IMG/VR virus record: IMGVR_UViG_3300028840_002190
DNA: 64,000 nt
Direction: 5' to 3' (one strand)
DNA from: a virus
Part shown: positions 9,012 through 17,265 of the stretch, in pieces
Position numbering within the stretch: position 1 is the stretch's first letter
Layout: each line of letters starts with the position of its first letter
The notes under the pieces: generated by a model
Database searches by the model: none
What the model saw: only the letters and a program-made list of their open reading frames with translations
Told to the model about the DNA's origin: nothing
Made by a program: the position numbers and the translations under genes

Positions 9012-10262
9012 ATGGCACGAGGCAGGCAAGAAGAGAACCCGAACAAGCAGCTGCACTACGCCGAGAAGTACGACATCCCACGAGCTACCATCGCAGAGAT
9101 CCGGCAGCAGATCCTGCTCACCTGGCAGACCAAACAGCACCGCGGAGCTATCTGCGTGGTCGGTGAGGCAGGCATCGGCAAGTCCCAGATCGTCGCCCAG
9201 ATCGCGAGGGATGAAGGCGCGAGCATCTACGACATCAGGACCGCCCACTACGGTCTCGTGGGTACCGGCATCCCGAGCACTAAAGACTCCCCCGAGGGGT
9301 ACTTCGACCTGCTCGTCCCGTCGGTGTTCCCAAAGAAGGGTGAGAAGTCCATCATGCTGTTCGAGGAGATCAACCAGGGTCTTCAGCACAGCATCGCCAT
9401 GTTCTTCTCCCTCGTCGAGGACCGGAGGATGTTCAACTACTTCCTTCCGGATGAGGCCATCGTGGTCGCGCTGATGAACCCCGCAACGGCGCAATACGCC
9501 GTCACACAGCTCGAAAACAACGCAGCTCTCCGTCGGCGCCTGAAGTGGTTCTACGCACTGGAGTCGTTCAAGGACTGGGTCGAACACGCGTCCACCGACA
9601 GCTTCCACGAGAGCGACCGTTCCTGCTTCGACGATCACAAGGGGCGTCCATGCCATCCGGGAGTACTCGACTTCGTGAAGCAGTACCCCAAGAATCTGTA
9701 CGACAAGAAGGCGCAGGGAGAAGGCAAGCAGTACATGTGCCCCGCGACGGTCCAGACCGTCTCGCTGGACGCGTACATGCTCGAGAAGATGGACCTCCCC
9801 GTCGACAACGAGTTCGCCCTGTGCCGTTACGCATCCTCCGTGGGCACGCACATGGCGACGCAACTCGTCGAGCACCTCAAGGACAACCGCACCGCGGTTC
9901 GCGCCGACGACGTGGTCTCCGACTACAAGAAGCTCGCTCGCAAGCCGGTGCGCCTCCTCCTGCAGAAGTCGGAGCAGGAGAAGATCACCGAACTGAACAT
10001 CAACGTCCTGACGTACATGTTCAGCCTGCAGCCCGACGCAAAGGTAGCGGCGAAGAACTTCGTCATGTATCTCGAAGATCTGCCCAACGAGATGCGTGTC
10101 AGCCTGCTCTCGCAGCTGAAGAAGTTCGCAGACGAGAACAACGCCAACGACTACCTCTTCTCCCTGATGCGTCACGTCCAAACACACAAAAGCTGGATCA
10201 AGATCCACGCTAGCCTGGACGACGCGCAGACGGAGGTCGAGCGGGCCCTGCGCGGGAGCTGA
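9012..10262 (+). CDS. MoxR-like AAA+ ATPase
   Basis: GEAGIGKS, MLFEEINQG, ALMNP, NAALRRRL (arginine finger). Confidence 0.85.
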   Translation: MARGRQEENPNKQLHYAEKYDIPRATIAEIRQQILLTWQTKQHRGAICVVGEAGIGKSQIVAQIARDEGASIYDIRTAHYGLVGTGIPSTKDSPEGYFDLLVPSVFPKKGEKSIMLFEEINQGLQHSIAMFFSLVEDRRMFNYFLPDEAIVVALMNPATAQYAVTQLENNAALRRRLKWFYALESFKDWVEHASTDSFHESDRSCFDDHKGRPCHPGVLDFVKQYPKNLYDKKAQGEGKQYMCPATVQTVSLDAYMLEKMDLPVDNEFALCRYASSVGTHMATQLVEHLKDNRTAVRADDVVSDYKKLARKPVRLLLQKSEQEKITELNINVLTYMFSLQPDAKVAAKNFVMYLEDLPNEMRVSLLSQLKKFADENNANDYLFSLMRHVQTHKSWIKIHASLDDAQTEVERALRGS

Positions 10263-10266
10263 GGCC

Positions 10267-10644
10267 GTGTCGCCGTATCTGTCCCTGGCGTGTGAGTTGC
10301 GCCAATCCAGAACCGAAGAAGAGTGGCGGAAGGACTCAGAGGAGATCCGGCAGAAGTGTCTCATCGCCGTTAAAGAAGTAATGACGGCACAGCCTGAGCC
10401 GGAAGAGATCATCTACGACTTGATCTGCCTCCTCCTCGTGCTTCCCGTCGCTGACCGCCTCCACATCCAACGCGCCTTCCGGCCTCTTGCTCAGAAGCTG
10501 GATTGCGTGGCCTACCTTTCGAACGTGTCTCGGGCTCTGCAGGAGACCGACGCCTGGGTGGATCTGAACATCCTGTCAGACAAGGGGCGTCGAAGCCTGC
10601 CTGACATGGGGCTGGAGATCAACCCGGAATTCAAACTCCCTTGA
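10267..10644 (+). CDS. Hypothetical protein
   Basis: 125-aa helical-looking ORF starting 4 nt after the ATPase stop. Confidence 0.6.
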   Translation: MSPYLSLACELRQSRTEEEWRKDSEEIRQKCLIAVKEVMTAQPEPEEIIYDLICLLLVLPVADRLHIQRAFRPLAQKLDCVAYLSNVSRALQETDAWVDLNILSDKGRRSLPDMGLEINPEFKLP

Positions 10645-11377
10645 GCTCTAGGAAGTCCTGTCCCATGGACTTAGCGGCGTCTTCCACAAAGACGTAGGTC
10701 CCTGCGAGCCGAGACAGGTTCACCCCAAGGGGGTTCTCCGCAAACTCAGTGTGCTGGAGAGCCCCCTTATCCAACCCCTCCCACGCCTTGCGGACTTCCT
10801 TCCGCAAATTTTTTGCTTCAGGAGGTTGCAAGTCTACGAGGTTATCCTCGGCAAAGGAGAGCTCCTCAGGAGTGGTGATGTAACCTGCGCGCTTCAAGCA
10901 AACAGCAACGTACTGCTGGACATCCTCATCGAACTCCGCGTCCCCCTTGCCCTCGGGATCCATCCTTCGGACAGCGTCTGCCTCGTAGACTGTCCACGCC
11001 ATTTCCGCAGGGTGACACTCCTGAATCGCATCGGGGTTACTAATATTCCCCACAAAAGCGTGGACAGTATTCTCGAACACAATGTGGTCCCAGAAGAATT
11101 GCGGGTTGACGATGAGGGCGATAACCGCCTGGAGCTTGTCACGGTTGACGAGGCTCAAGTCGAGACCGTCTTTCTCCATCGTTATCCAGAGAGTCTCCGG
11201 CTCCCAAGAAAGCATCTCCAAACCATAAACGTTGCGCGCCGCGGTGTAGAGAGATCCTGCGCTACGCTCATCCGTTGAACTCTTGAGAAATTCTAGAGAA
11301 CGCGCCCTAGAAGTCGCAGGAAGAGACTCCGGGATCGCAGCTACGCTACTTGCGAGTTTTTCTAAGAGTTCATTCAT
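10631..11377 (-). CDS. Hypothetical protein, possibly virion morphogenesis
   Basis: 248-aa ORF whose start overlaps the upstream gene's stop (ATGA-type coupling); normal protein composition. Confidence 0.7.
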   Translation of the reverse strand: MNELLEKLASSVAAIPESLPATSRARSLEFLKSSTDERSAGSLYTAARNVYGLEMLSWEPETLWITMEKDGLDLSLVNRDKLQAVIALIVNPQFFWDHIVFENTVHAFVGNISNPDAIQECHPAEMAWTVYEADAVRRMDPEGKGDAEFDEDVQQYVAVCLKRAGYITTPEELSFAEDNLVDLQPPEAKNLRKEVRKAWEGLDKGALQHTEFAENPLGVNLSRLAGTYVFVEDAAKSMGQDFLELKGV

Positions 11378-12381
11378 ACGTAGGAGGAGAGTTGCTTTTG
11401 CGCAATGGCCTTCACGTCATCAGGAAGCGTGGGAAGAAGCTGCATCAAAGCTTCCGGGTTAACAGTCTCCCCGTCACTGGAAATCTCGGAAGCCACGTTA
11501 TCCCCCAGCAGGTCCTTCCAAAACGTAAGGGGAAGCGCCGCTAACTTCTGCTTATTGAGCATCATCCCGGTACCAAGCTCCAGAGTGTCCTCCGCAAGCT
11601 TCTCCGAATTGAAGACAGTCTGAATCGGATCTGGAAGCTTACGACCGTAAAGACGTGTAAGCCCGGCTTCCTTGTCCAGCTCGTGAATCGCGCTGGCTAA
11701 TTTAGTCTGAATCTCTCTGTCATGAAACTCAGGAGCAACACCCTCGAGTTCCTGGGATATTTTGTCAAACGCATCCGAGAAAACGGTGCCCCGAGTCACT
11801 TCCCTTCGCGCACCCAGCCAGTCTTTTAGGCGCTGAGTACTGGTAAGCGTAAAACCGGCCAGTTTCTCGGTAGAAGGATGTAATGTGACTCCAAATTCCT
11901 TTGCGAGTTTGCAAAGCTGGAACATCCCAGAAGCCCGATCCTCTACAGTAAGAGTCGGGTAAATCTCACGGATACGAGTTTCCGCCAACTTGACATCTTC
12001 CGCGGTCTTCACCAGGAAGCGCTGTTGTTCAGGAAATACGTAGCGCTCTTCCGCAGACGCAGTCTTCTCGGCGGACGCTACGTAGATGTCGTCGTCAAGC
12101 TCGTAGACTTCCGCCGCTTTCTCCAGCATCTCATCAACTTCGCGAGGAACCGCGGACGCAAGCTTTCGATAGCCCAAGGAAAGCGCCGCGTGCTCTCGCG
12201 TGTGTAACGGAAATCGACGCTGTCCCGGCCACGCAAACGAACTATCGGGGAGATCCGAAAACTCGTCTTCGTCGATGTTGGCAGTCTTGGCCACTTCTTG
12301 CAATGCAGGAAAGCGATCAAGAACCACTCGAAGATGGGCATAACCCGGGTCGCACGTTTGGTCGTAAAGTGTCGTTGTCAT
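11374..12381 (-). CDS. Putative head-associated protein with DUF6582-like motif
   Basis: True start is MTTTLYD at 12381; the track's 940-aa ORF is a shadow of the VWA gene. Motif DLPDSSFAWPGQRRFPLHTREHAALS; KTA/KLA motifs recur. Confidence 0.6.
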   Translation of the reverse strand: MTTTLYDQTCDPGYAHLRVVLDRFPALQEVAKTANIDEDEFSDLPDSSFAWPGQRRFPLHTREHAALSLGYRKLASAVPREVDEMLEKAAEVYELDDDIYVASAEKTASAEERYVFPEQQRFLVKTAEDVKLAETRIREIYPTLTVEDRASGMFQLCKLAKEFGVTLHPSTEKLAGFTLTSTQRLKDWLGARREVTRGTVFSDAFDKISQELEGVAPEFHDREIQTKLASAIHELDKEAGLTRLYGRKLPDPIQTVFNSEKLAEDTLELGTGMMLNKQKLAALPLTFWKDLLGDNVASEISSDGETVNPEALMQLLPTLPDDVKAIAQKQLSSYV

Positions 12382-12441
12382 ATTGTCCCTCAAACCGCGT
12401 GGTAGTGAAACACACCTCATTATACGGCAGGAGGAAATGGA

Positions 12442-14070
12442 ATGCAAAACAACCAACAATCGCCAGCGGAAGCCCTCTCTCAGGTCCTCCAATGGGCTTG
12501 CTCCCCTCGCGGAGGCAACAACTTCTGGGGCCGCATCTTGAACGGTTGCGGTCGACGGGCTATTCCAGGTCTGGGAACCGCTGCGATCTCCCTCACTCGA
12601 GAGGGAAAATTCATGTTCCTCTGGGACCCGGAGTTCTTCGTGAAGATTCCGATGCCCCTCCGGATCATGGTCGTCATCCACGAAGCGGCCCACATCGTCC
12701 TGTCGCATGTCGAGCGGAGCCTGCACATGAAGCAGATCTGCAGCGCCAACGACTACCAGTGGAACCAACTGTCCCCGCTCATCAACTTTGCACAAGACAT
12801 GGCCGCCAACGACATTGCCCTCCGCGCTCTCGTCGATCTCGGCAACTTCAGAGAATACAAGAAAGAGCTCCTGTTCCCTGAGAACCCCCCTTGGAACTTC
12901 CCCCAGGGCAAGTCGTTCGAAGAGTACCTGAAGATGCTCATCGACAAGTGCAAAGAAGACGGCTTCGACCCCAACAAGCAAGAGACCGACGGGGAAGGGA
13001 ACGCTATTGTCGAAGTCTACGGAGTCCCTCTGCCGATGCCTAGCAGCAACGACGACGGAGACGGAGACGGAGACGATCAGCAACAGGGTCAGGGTCAGGG
13101 TCAGGGTCAGGGTCAGGGTCAGGGTCAGGGACAACCGCAGAAAGGCCAGTCCGGAAGTGGGGGCGGAGGTACTCAGCAGCAGCCGGACAAGGACGGAAAG
13201 TTCCCTGTCAACGAGGCTCCTCAGTGGCTCAAGGACCGCCGGAAGAACATGATGCCCCAGCACATCGACTGGCAGCAGATGGCCGACAGCATGACCGACG
13301 CCGAAATCGAGCGCATTCAAGAGCGTGCACGTCGGGAGTCGAAGAAGATCGTCAAGAAGGCCGCGCAACAGACCGTGAAGGGTCGTGGGACGATTCCGGG
13401 ACAGTTGCAATCCGTCATCGATGAACTGCTCAACGAGCCGTCGATCCCTTGGCACGAAGTCTTCAAGAACCTTCTCCGTTCCTCCATCTCCTCCAAGCTC
13501 AACGAATCGACTGCGTGGCCGCACATGGGGCTGCTTGCCGGGTGTGAAGGGCAAGGCATCGAACCGTTCCCCGGCGTACAGAAGGACTTCGAGTTCTTCG
13601 TCACAGTCGCCATCGACACATCCGGGTCGGTCTCCGACGATGATTTCATCAAGTTCATGTCTGAGATCCAGGGATTGATGAAGATGAACAAGACCGTCAC
13701 GACGCGGGTCATGCTCTACGACGCAGCCATCCAGCGGGAGTTCCTCATCGAACCGGACGACGAAGTTACGTATCACTGCACCCGTCACGGATACGGGGGC
13801 ACCAACTTCAGGCCGCCCTTCAAGCGGATGCTCGGACTCGACACGGAGAACGACTGGGAAAACGACGCCGAGAAGCTCGAACAGACGCTCCCCAAGACGG
13901 ACCTCTTCATCCACTTCACAGACGGCTATGCTCCCATCAGTAGCGACGGGGGTGGCGGTCCGATGCCTGAGCTTACTCCGCCGTGCCCGTTCGTGTGGGT
14001 GCTCACCGAAGACGGTCGGGAAGACCCCGACATGGGCGGCATTGTGCTGCAGATCGACTCCGACGATTAG
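12442..14070 (+). CDS. HExxH metallopeptidase-like + VWA (DUF2201-type) protein, MoxR partner
   Basis: HEAAH; MIDAS motif DTSGS, GGTNF, FTDGY; Q/G-rich linker; RBS AGGAGG upstream. Confidence 0.85.
   Translation: MQNNQQSPAEALSQVLQWACSPRGGNNFWGRILNGCGRRAIPGLGTAAISLTREGKFMFLWDPEFFVKIPMPLRIMVVIHEAAHIVLSHVERSLHMKQICSANDYQWNQLSPLINFAQDMAANDIALRALVDLGNFREYKKELLFPENPPWNFPQGKSFEEYLKMLIDKCKEDGFDPNKQETDGEGNAIVEVYGVPLPMPSSNDDGDGDGDDQQQGQGQGQGQGQGQGQGQPQKGQSGSGGGGTQQQPDKDGKFPVNEAPQWLKDRRKNMMPQHIDWQQMADSMTDAEIERIQERARRESKKIVKKAAQQTVKGRGTIPGQLQSVIDELLNEPSIPWHEVFKNLLRSSISSKLNESTAWPHMGLLAGCEGQGIEPFPGVQKDFEFFVTVAIDTSGSVSDDDFIKFMSEIQGLMKMNKTVTTRVMLYDAAIQREFLIEPDDEVTYHCTRHGYGGTNFRPPFKRMLGLDTENDWENDAEKLEQTLPKTDLFIHFTDGYAPISSDGGGGPMPELTPPCPFVWVLTEDGREDPDMGGIVLQIDSDD
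13084..13131 (+). repeat. Hexamer microsatellite (CAGGGT)7 CAGGGA encoding (QG)8
   Basis: Read directly from the sequence. Confidence 0.95.
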
Positions 14071-14085
14071 AAAAGGATTGTTCCG

Positions 14086-14733
14086 ATGACCGAGATTTAC
14101 TGTGTGAAACTCAAGCAGCTGCGGTTGGAGGGGAGAGTATCCGAATCTTTCGACTACTTCCCCTTCGACCGCTTCTATCTTGTTCCGGCGGATCACAAGC
14201 CCCTAGCTTTGCGGCTGTTCCGCTACAGCTTGATCATGAAAGTCGATGACGTCGTCAAACGGAGTCTCGGCCTTATCCAGTTCACCCGCCGTCGCACGAT
14301 TGGGATCAAACGTAACAACTCTGAGCTAGCATACTCACGAGTTCCGGGCACCGGCATTCCCGAAATCAGTGCGATAAACGAAGGCGAGTGGCTCCTAGTA
14401 GTCCCCACCTACCTCGCCCGGGATAAAGAAATCGACCCGGAAAGCAACAAGCGCGTTACCAAAAAAGTGCGCCTAGCCTACACGCTATCGCAAGCGGTTT
14501 CCAGCATTCACAACCTCAGTGTCCCGATGCCCACAGTAACCCTGCACACCCCCATAGAGAATATCCCGGTACTCTGTGCCATCTGTAAAAACGTGGCGAG
14601 TTACCACGCCAACAAGTGCGCACCTGGGCAGCGCGCTTGTCGTAACGGGATATCGCTCAATCGCCTACCTGTAGACGACGAATTCCGAGAGACCATCGAA
14701 ACTTCTGTGAAAGGGGCAGGTGAGATCGAATGA
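14086..14733 (+). CDS. Hypothetical protein with C-terminal Cys/His cluster, coupled to RT
   Basis: 215 aa; CAICKNVASYHANKCAPGQRAC; stop overlaps the RT start (ATGA). Confidence 0.75.
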   Translation: MTEIYCVKLKQLRLEGRVSESFDYFPFDRFYLVPADHKPLALRLFRYSLIMKVDDVVKRSLGLIQFTRRRTIGIKRNNSELAYSRVPGTGIPEISAINEGEWLLVVPTYLARDKEIDPESNKRVTKKVRLAYTLSQAVSSIHNLSVPMPTVTLHTPIENIPVLCAICKNVASYHANKCAPGQRACRNGISLNRLPVDDEFRETIETSVKGAGEIE

Positions 14734-15899
14734 CTTACGGTTTCCACGAAAGCGTGTTCGAAACGATCACCATCCCTAACACTGAATTCCCGCTCTACGA
14801 TGACTGTACTCTCGCATTCTTCCTGGGGTTCCGGAATAAGACCCTGTGGCACCTCCTCCACAACAAGGAAAACAACTATCGAGTATTTCACATCCCCAAG
14901 AGCAACGGGCGTAAACGCGTGATCCACGCCCCGTCTCCGATAATGCAATCCGTTCTCCACTCCGTTCACGCGCGAATTCTCCTCCCGATGGAGTCCAAAC
15001 TCGGAGACCACGTTACTGCGTACCGTCCCAACAGGTCCATCATGGATGCGGTTGCGCGGCACATCCCCGAGTGCCCGACCTGTGACAGTGTACCTAAGGG
15101 AGAAGTGGCGAAGAAGCACGACTGTCCACGCAAGGGGGCATACATTAAGATGGACCTCAAGGACTTCTTCCCTAATACACGGCGCGCATGGATCCGCCAC
15201 CTCTTCCAGGACGCAGGGTACTCACATCACGTCAGCGGTCTGCTTGCCAACCTGATGACCGTCCCCTTCGTGAACCCTCGCGGAGTACCCGGCGATAACT
15301 ACAAGGGAACCCCCCGGCAGAAGTTCCTTGCGGGAGTGCCTCAAGGAGCCCCCACCTCAGGTGCCATCTGCAACCTCGTCGCCAACACACGCATTGACAC
15401 GCCCCTCCTGGCCTACTTCGAAAAGAAAAACGCTGAGGGAGGACTCCAAGCTCCATGGGACTGGAGGTATAGTCGATACGCTGACGACCTCACCATCACA
15501 TGCGGCAAGGATCTCCCACTCGGCGAGAAGAAACAGGTCGTGCGAGACGTTACTGAGATCGTCGAACGCGCTAGGTACAGGGTCAACCGTTCCAAGACCA
15601 AAATAACTAGCGCGTTTTACCGGCGCAAAATGCTCGGGGTCGTCATGAATCAAAAGCTAAATATCGCTTACGACGAATACCTCCGCATACGCGCCATCGT
15701 ACACAACTGCATGGTTAACGGCGTCGACACGCAGTACGCTCGAGCGGGCAAAGAATCCCCTGAGAAGCTCATCCAGTTTTTACGAGGTAAAGTCAGCTTC
15801 ATCTCAAGCGTACATCCAGGCAAAGGCGAGAAACTGAAATCCGAGCTGGACGTTGCGATCCAGAACTGGAAAGAGAAGAATGACCCTCCACAGCACTGA
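14730..15899 (+). CDS. Retron-type reverse transcriptase (RT domain + thumb only)
   Basis: YRVFHIPKSNGRKRVIHAP, AYRPNRSI, DAVARH (NAxxH-like), KMDLKDFFP, PQGAPTSGAICN, YSRYADDLT, KMLGVVMN (VTG-box position), IRAIVHN; 389 aa with no maturase or endonuclease domain. Confidence 0.92.
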   Translation: MTYGFHESVFETITIPNTEFPLYDDCTLAFFLGFRNKTLWHLLHNKENNYRVFHIPKSNGRKRVIHAPSPIMQSVLHSVHARILLPMESKLGDHVTAYRPNRSIMDAVARHIPECPTCDSVPKGEVAKKHDCPRKGAYIKMDLKDFFPNTRRAWIRHLFQDAGYSHHVSGLLANLMTVPFVNPRGVPGDNYKGTPRQKFLAGVPQGAPTSGAICNLVANTRIDTPLLAYFEKKNAEGGLQAPWDWRYSRYADDLTITCGKDLPLGEKKQVVRDVTEIVERARYRVNRSKTKITSAFYRRKMLGVVMNQKLNIAYDEYLRIRAIVHNCMVNGVDTQYARAGKESPEKLIQFLRGKVSFISSVHPGKGEKLKSELDVAIQNWKEKNDPPQH

Positions 15900-17265
15900 T
15901 GACATTGACTACGTATTCACAGCCGCGTGTCTCGTGGCGGGTACCGATCTCCGGTATCTGTCACGAGGCGCGCAGTGCTGTCTTCTTTTTGGCAAACGCC
16001 GTTCGCATCTCGACCTCGGCAACCTCGAGTACCATAAAGAGATCGCGAATGCAGACTTGACTAGGCATTTTTTGGGTGACTCTTTTGCCATCATCCCTAT
16101 CCACTACGAACACCAGAAACCACGATGGGGGGATACGAAAGAGCCACTGATAGGACTCATTGCAACGAACGAACCCGACGCCACTTGCCGCGGAGCTATC
16201 GGACAAGCAAAAACACTTCCGGTAACTGTCGTTCAAAAAGGGCACGTAACACACCGTGAGGGCTTAGAAGTGTTTAATGCTTGTGAACTCCCAGAAAAAT
16301 ACGTCGTGGGGTGTGGCGGGTGTCGAACAGGGACAGAAACACACAACACATGTCCTGTCGTGAAACTCGAAAATTTGGAAGAAATCCCAGAATTCGAAAT
16401 CGACACGTACAGCGAAGATGTGACTTACTGGAAATCCCGCATCGGTAGGTTTGTAGCTGTAGGCCCATCGTACACCTCTGCGGACTATATCACTCCAGCA
16501 CACCGAACAATTGTTCAGCACAGTTTCAAGTACGTAAGCTCGACCATTTCGGACAGGAGAAACACGGCCCAAGAAATGGGGAGACGTGCACAATTTAGGA
16601 GGGAGATCTGCAGCCAATGTCTAATGAAGGAACCCTGCTGGTATGAAGGTGCGCCTAAACACTGTACCAAGTACTACCCGCAAACATTACGGGAGATATC
16701 ACTAGAGATCGTAAAAAATACCCCGTGCAAGTTTACAGGTCCGCAACTTAGAGTACTGCTAGCCAACAGCGGCCCAATGGACAAACGGTTCAACCGTTAT
16801 AAGGGGCACTTCACCTTAAAGTACCCTAGCAAATACTTGGGCGATTCCGAAGGCGTCAAATTTGTTATCAATCAAAAGACGGACCCAGGGCACACCCTAG
16901 CAGGGACTGATAACTACAAGACCGCGCTCTCATGGCTACACGACTATGGAGACGCTCCCTGGGTCCCTGAAAAAGCTAGACATATGGGTGCCCACGAAAA
17001 GGCGGTACTCTTCGAACTCCTACAGCGGAACCAAAGCCCTACGCGTAACAACGGGTGGCGCCAAACAACATACCCAGTGAACTTCGTAGCCAAACGAGGG
17101 AGCGGGCCCTACTACGTAGAATACTCCTGGGGCCCTAGTGGAAGGTACGTATTACCGTGGCCTTTAAGAGCAGAAAACTTGTTTGACGTGTACAAGAACT
17201 ACAAAAACTTGAGGTGCGTATCTGGGATTCGCCCACCCGACCTCTTAATCCGTCGACACTACTAG
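15880..17265 (+). CDS. Hypothetical Cys-rich basic protein overlapping the RT stop
   Basis: ATG at 15880 overlaps the RT end by 20 nt; ~461 aa; CGGC..C and CSQC..C..C clusters. Confidence 0.75.
   Translation: MTLHSTDDIDYVFTAACLVAGTDLRYLSRGAQCCLLFGKRRSHLDLGNLEYHKEIANADLTRHFLGDSFAIIPIHYEHQKPRWGDTKEPLIGLIATNEPDATCRGAIGQAKTLPVTVVQKGHVTHREGLEVFNACELPEKYVVGCGGCRTGTETHNTCPVVKLENLEEIPEFEIDTYSEDVTYWKSRIGRFVAVGPSYTSADYITPAHRTIVQHSFKYVSSTISDRRNTAQEMGRRAQFRREICSQCLMKEPCWYEGAPKHCTKYYPQTLREISLEIVKNTPCKFTGPQLRVLLANSGPMDKRFNRYKGHFTLKYPSKYLGDSEGVKFVINQKTDPGHTLAGTDNYKTALSWLHDYGDAPWVPEKARHMGAHEKAVLFELLQRNQSPTRNNGWRQTTYPVNFVAKRGSGPYYVEYSWGPSGRYVLPWPLRAENLFDVYKNYKNLRCVSGIRPPDLLIRRHY

Noticed and set aside
8988-10412. 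474-aa minus and 222-aa plus alternative ORFs over the MoxR gene
   Set aside because: Shadow ORFs caused by high GC3; Arg/Val-rich and without motifs.
12382-14196. 940-aa minus-strand ORF extension
   Set aside because: Antisense shadow of the VWA gene (LTLTLT from the QG repeat); the protein-like sequence starts at 12381.
14730-15899. DGR or group II intron RT
   Set aside because: No template/variable repeat pair was noticed in the fibre genes, there is no maturase or endonuclease domain, no intron boundaries were seen, and the motifs are retron-like.
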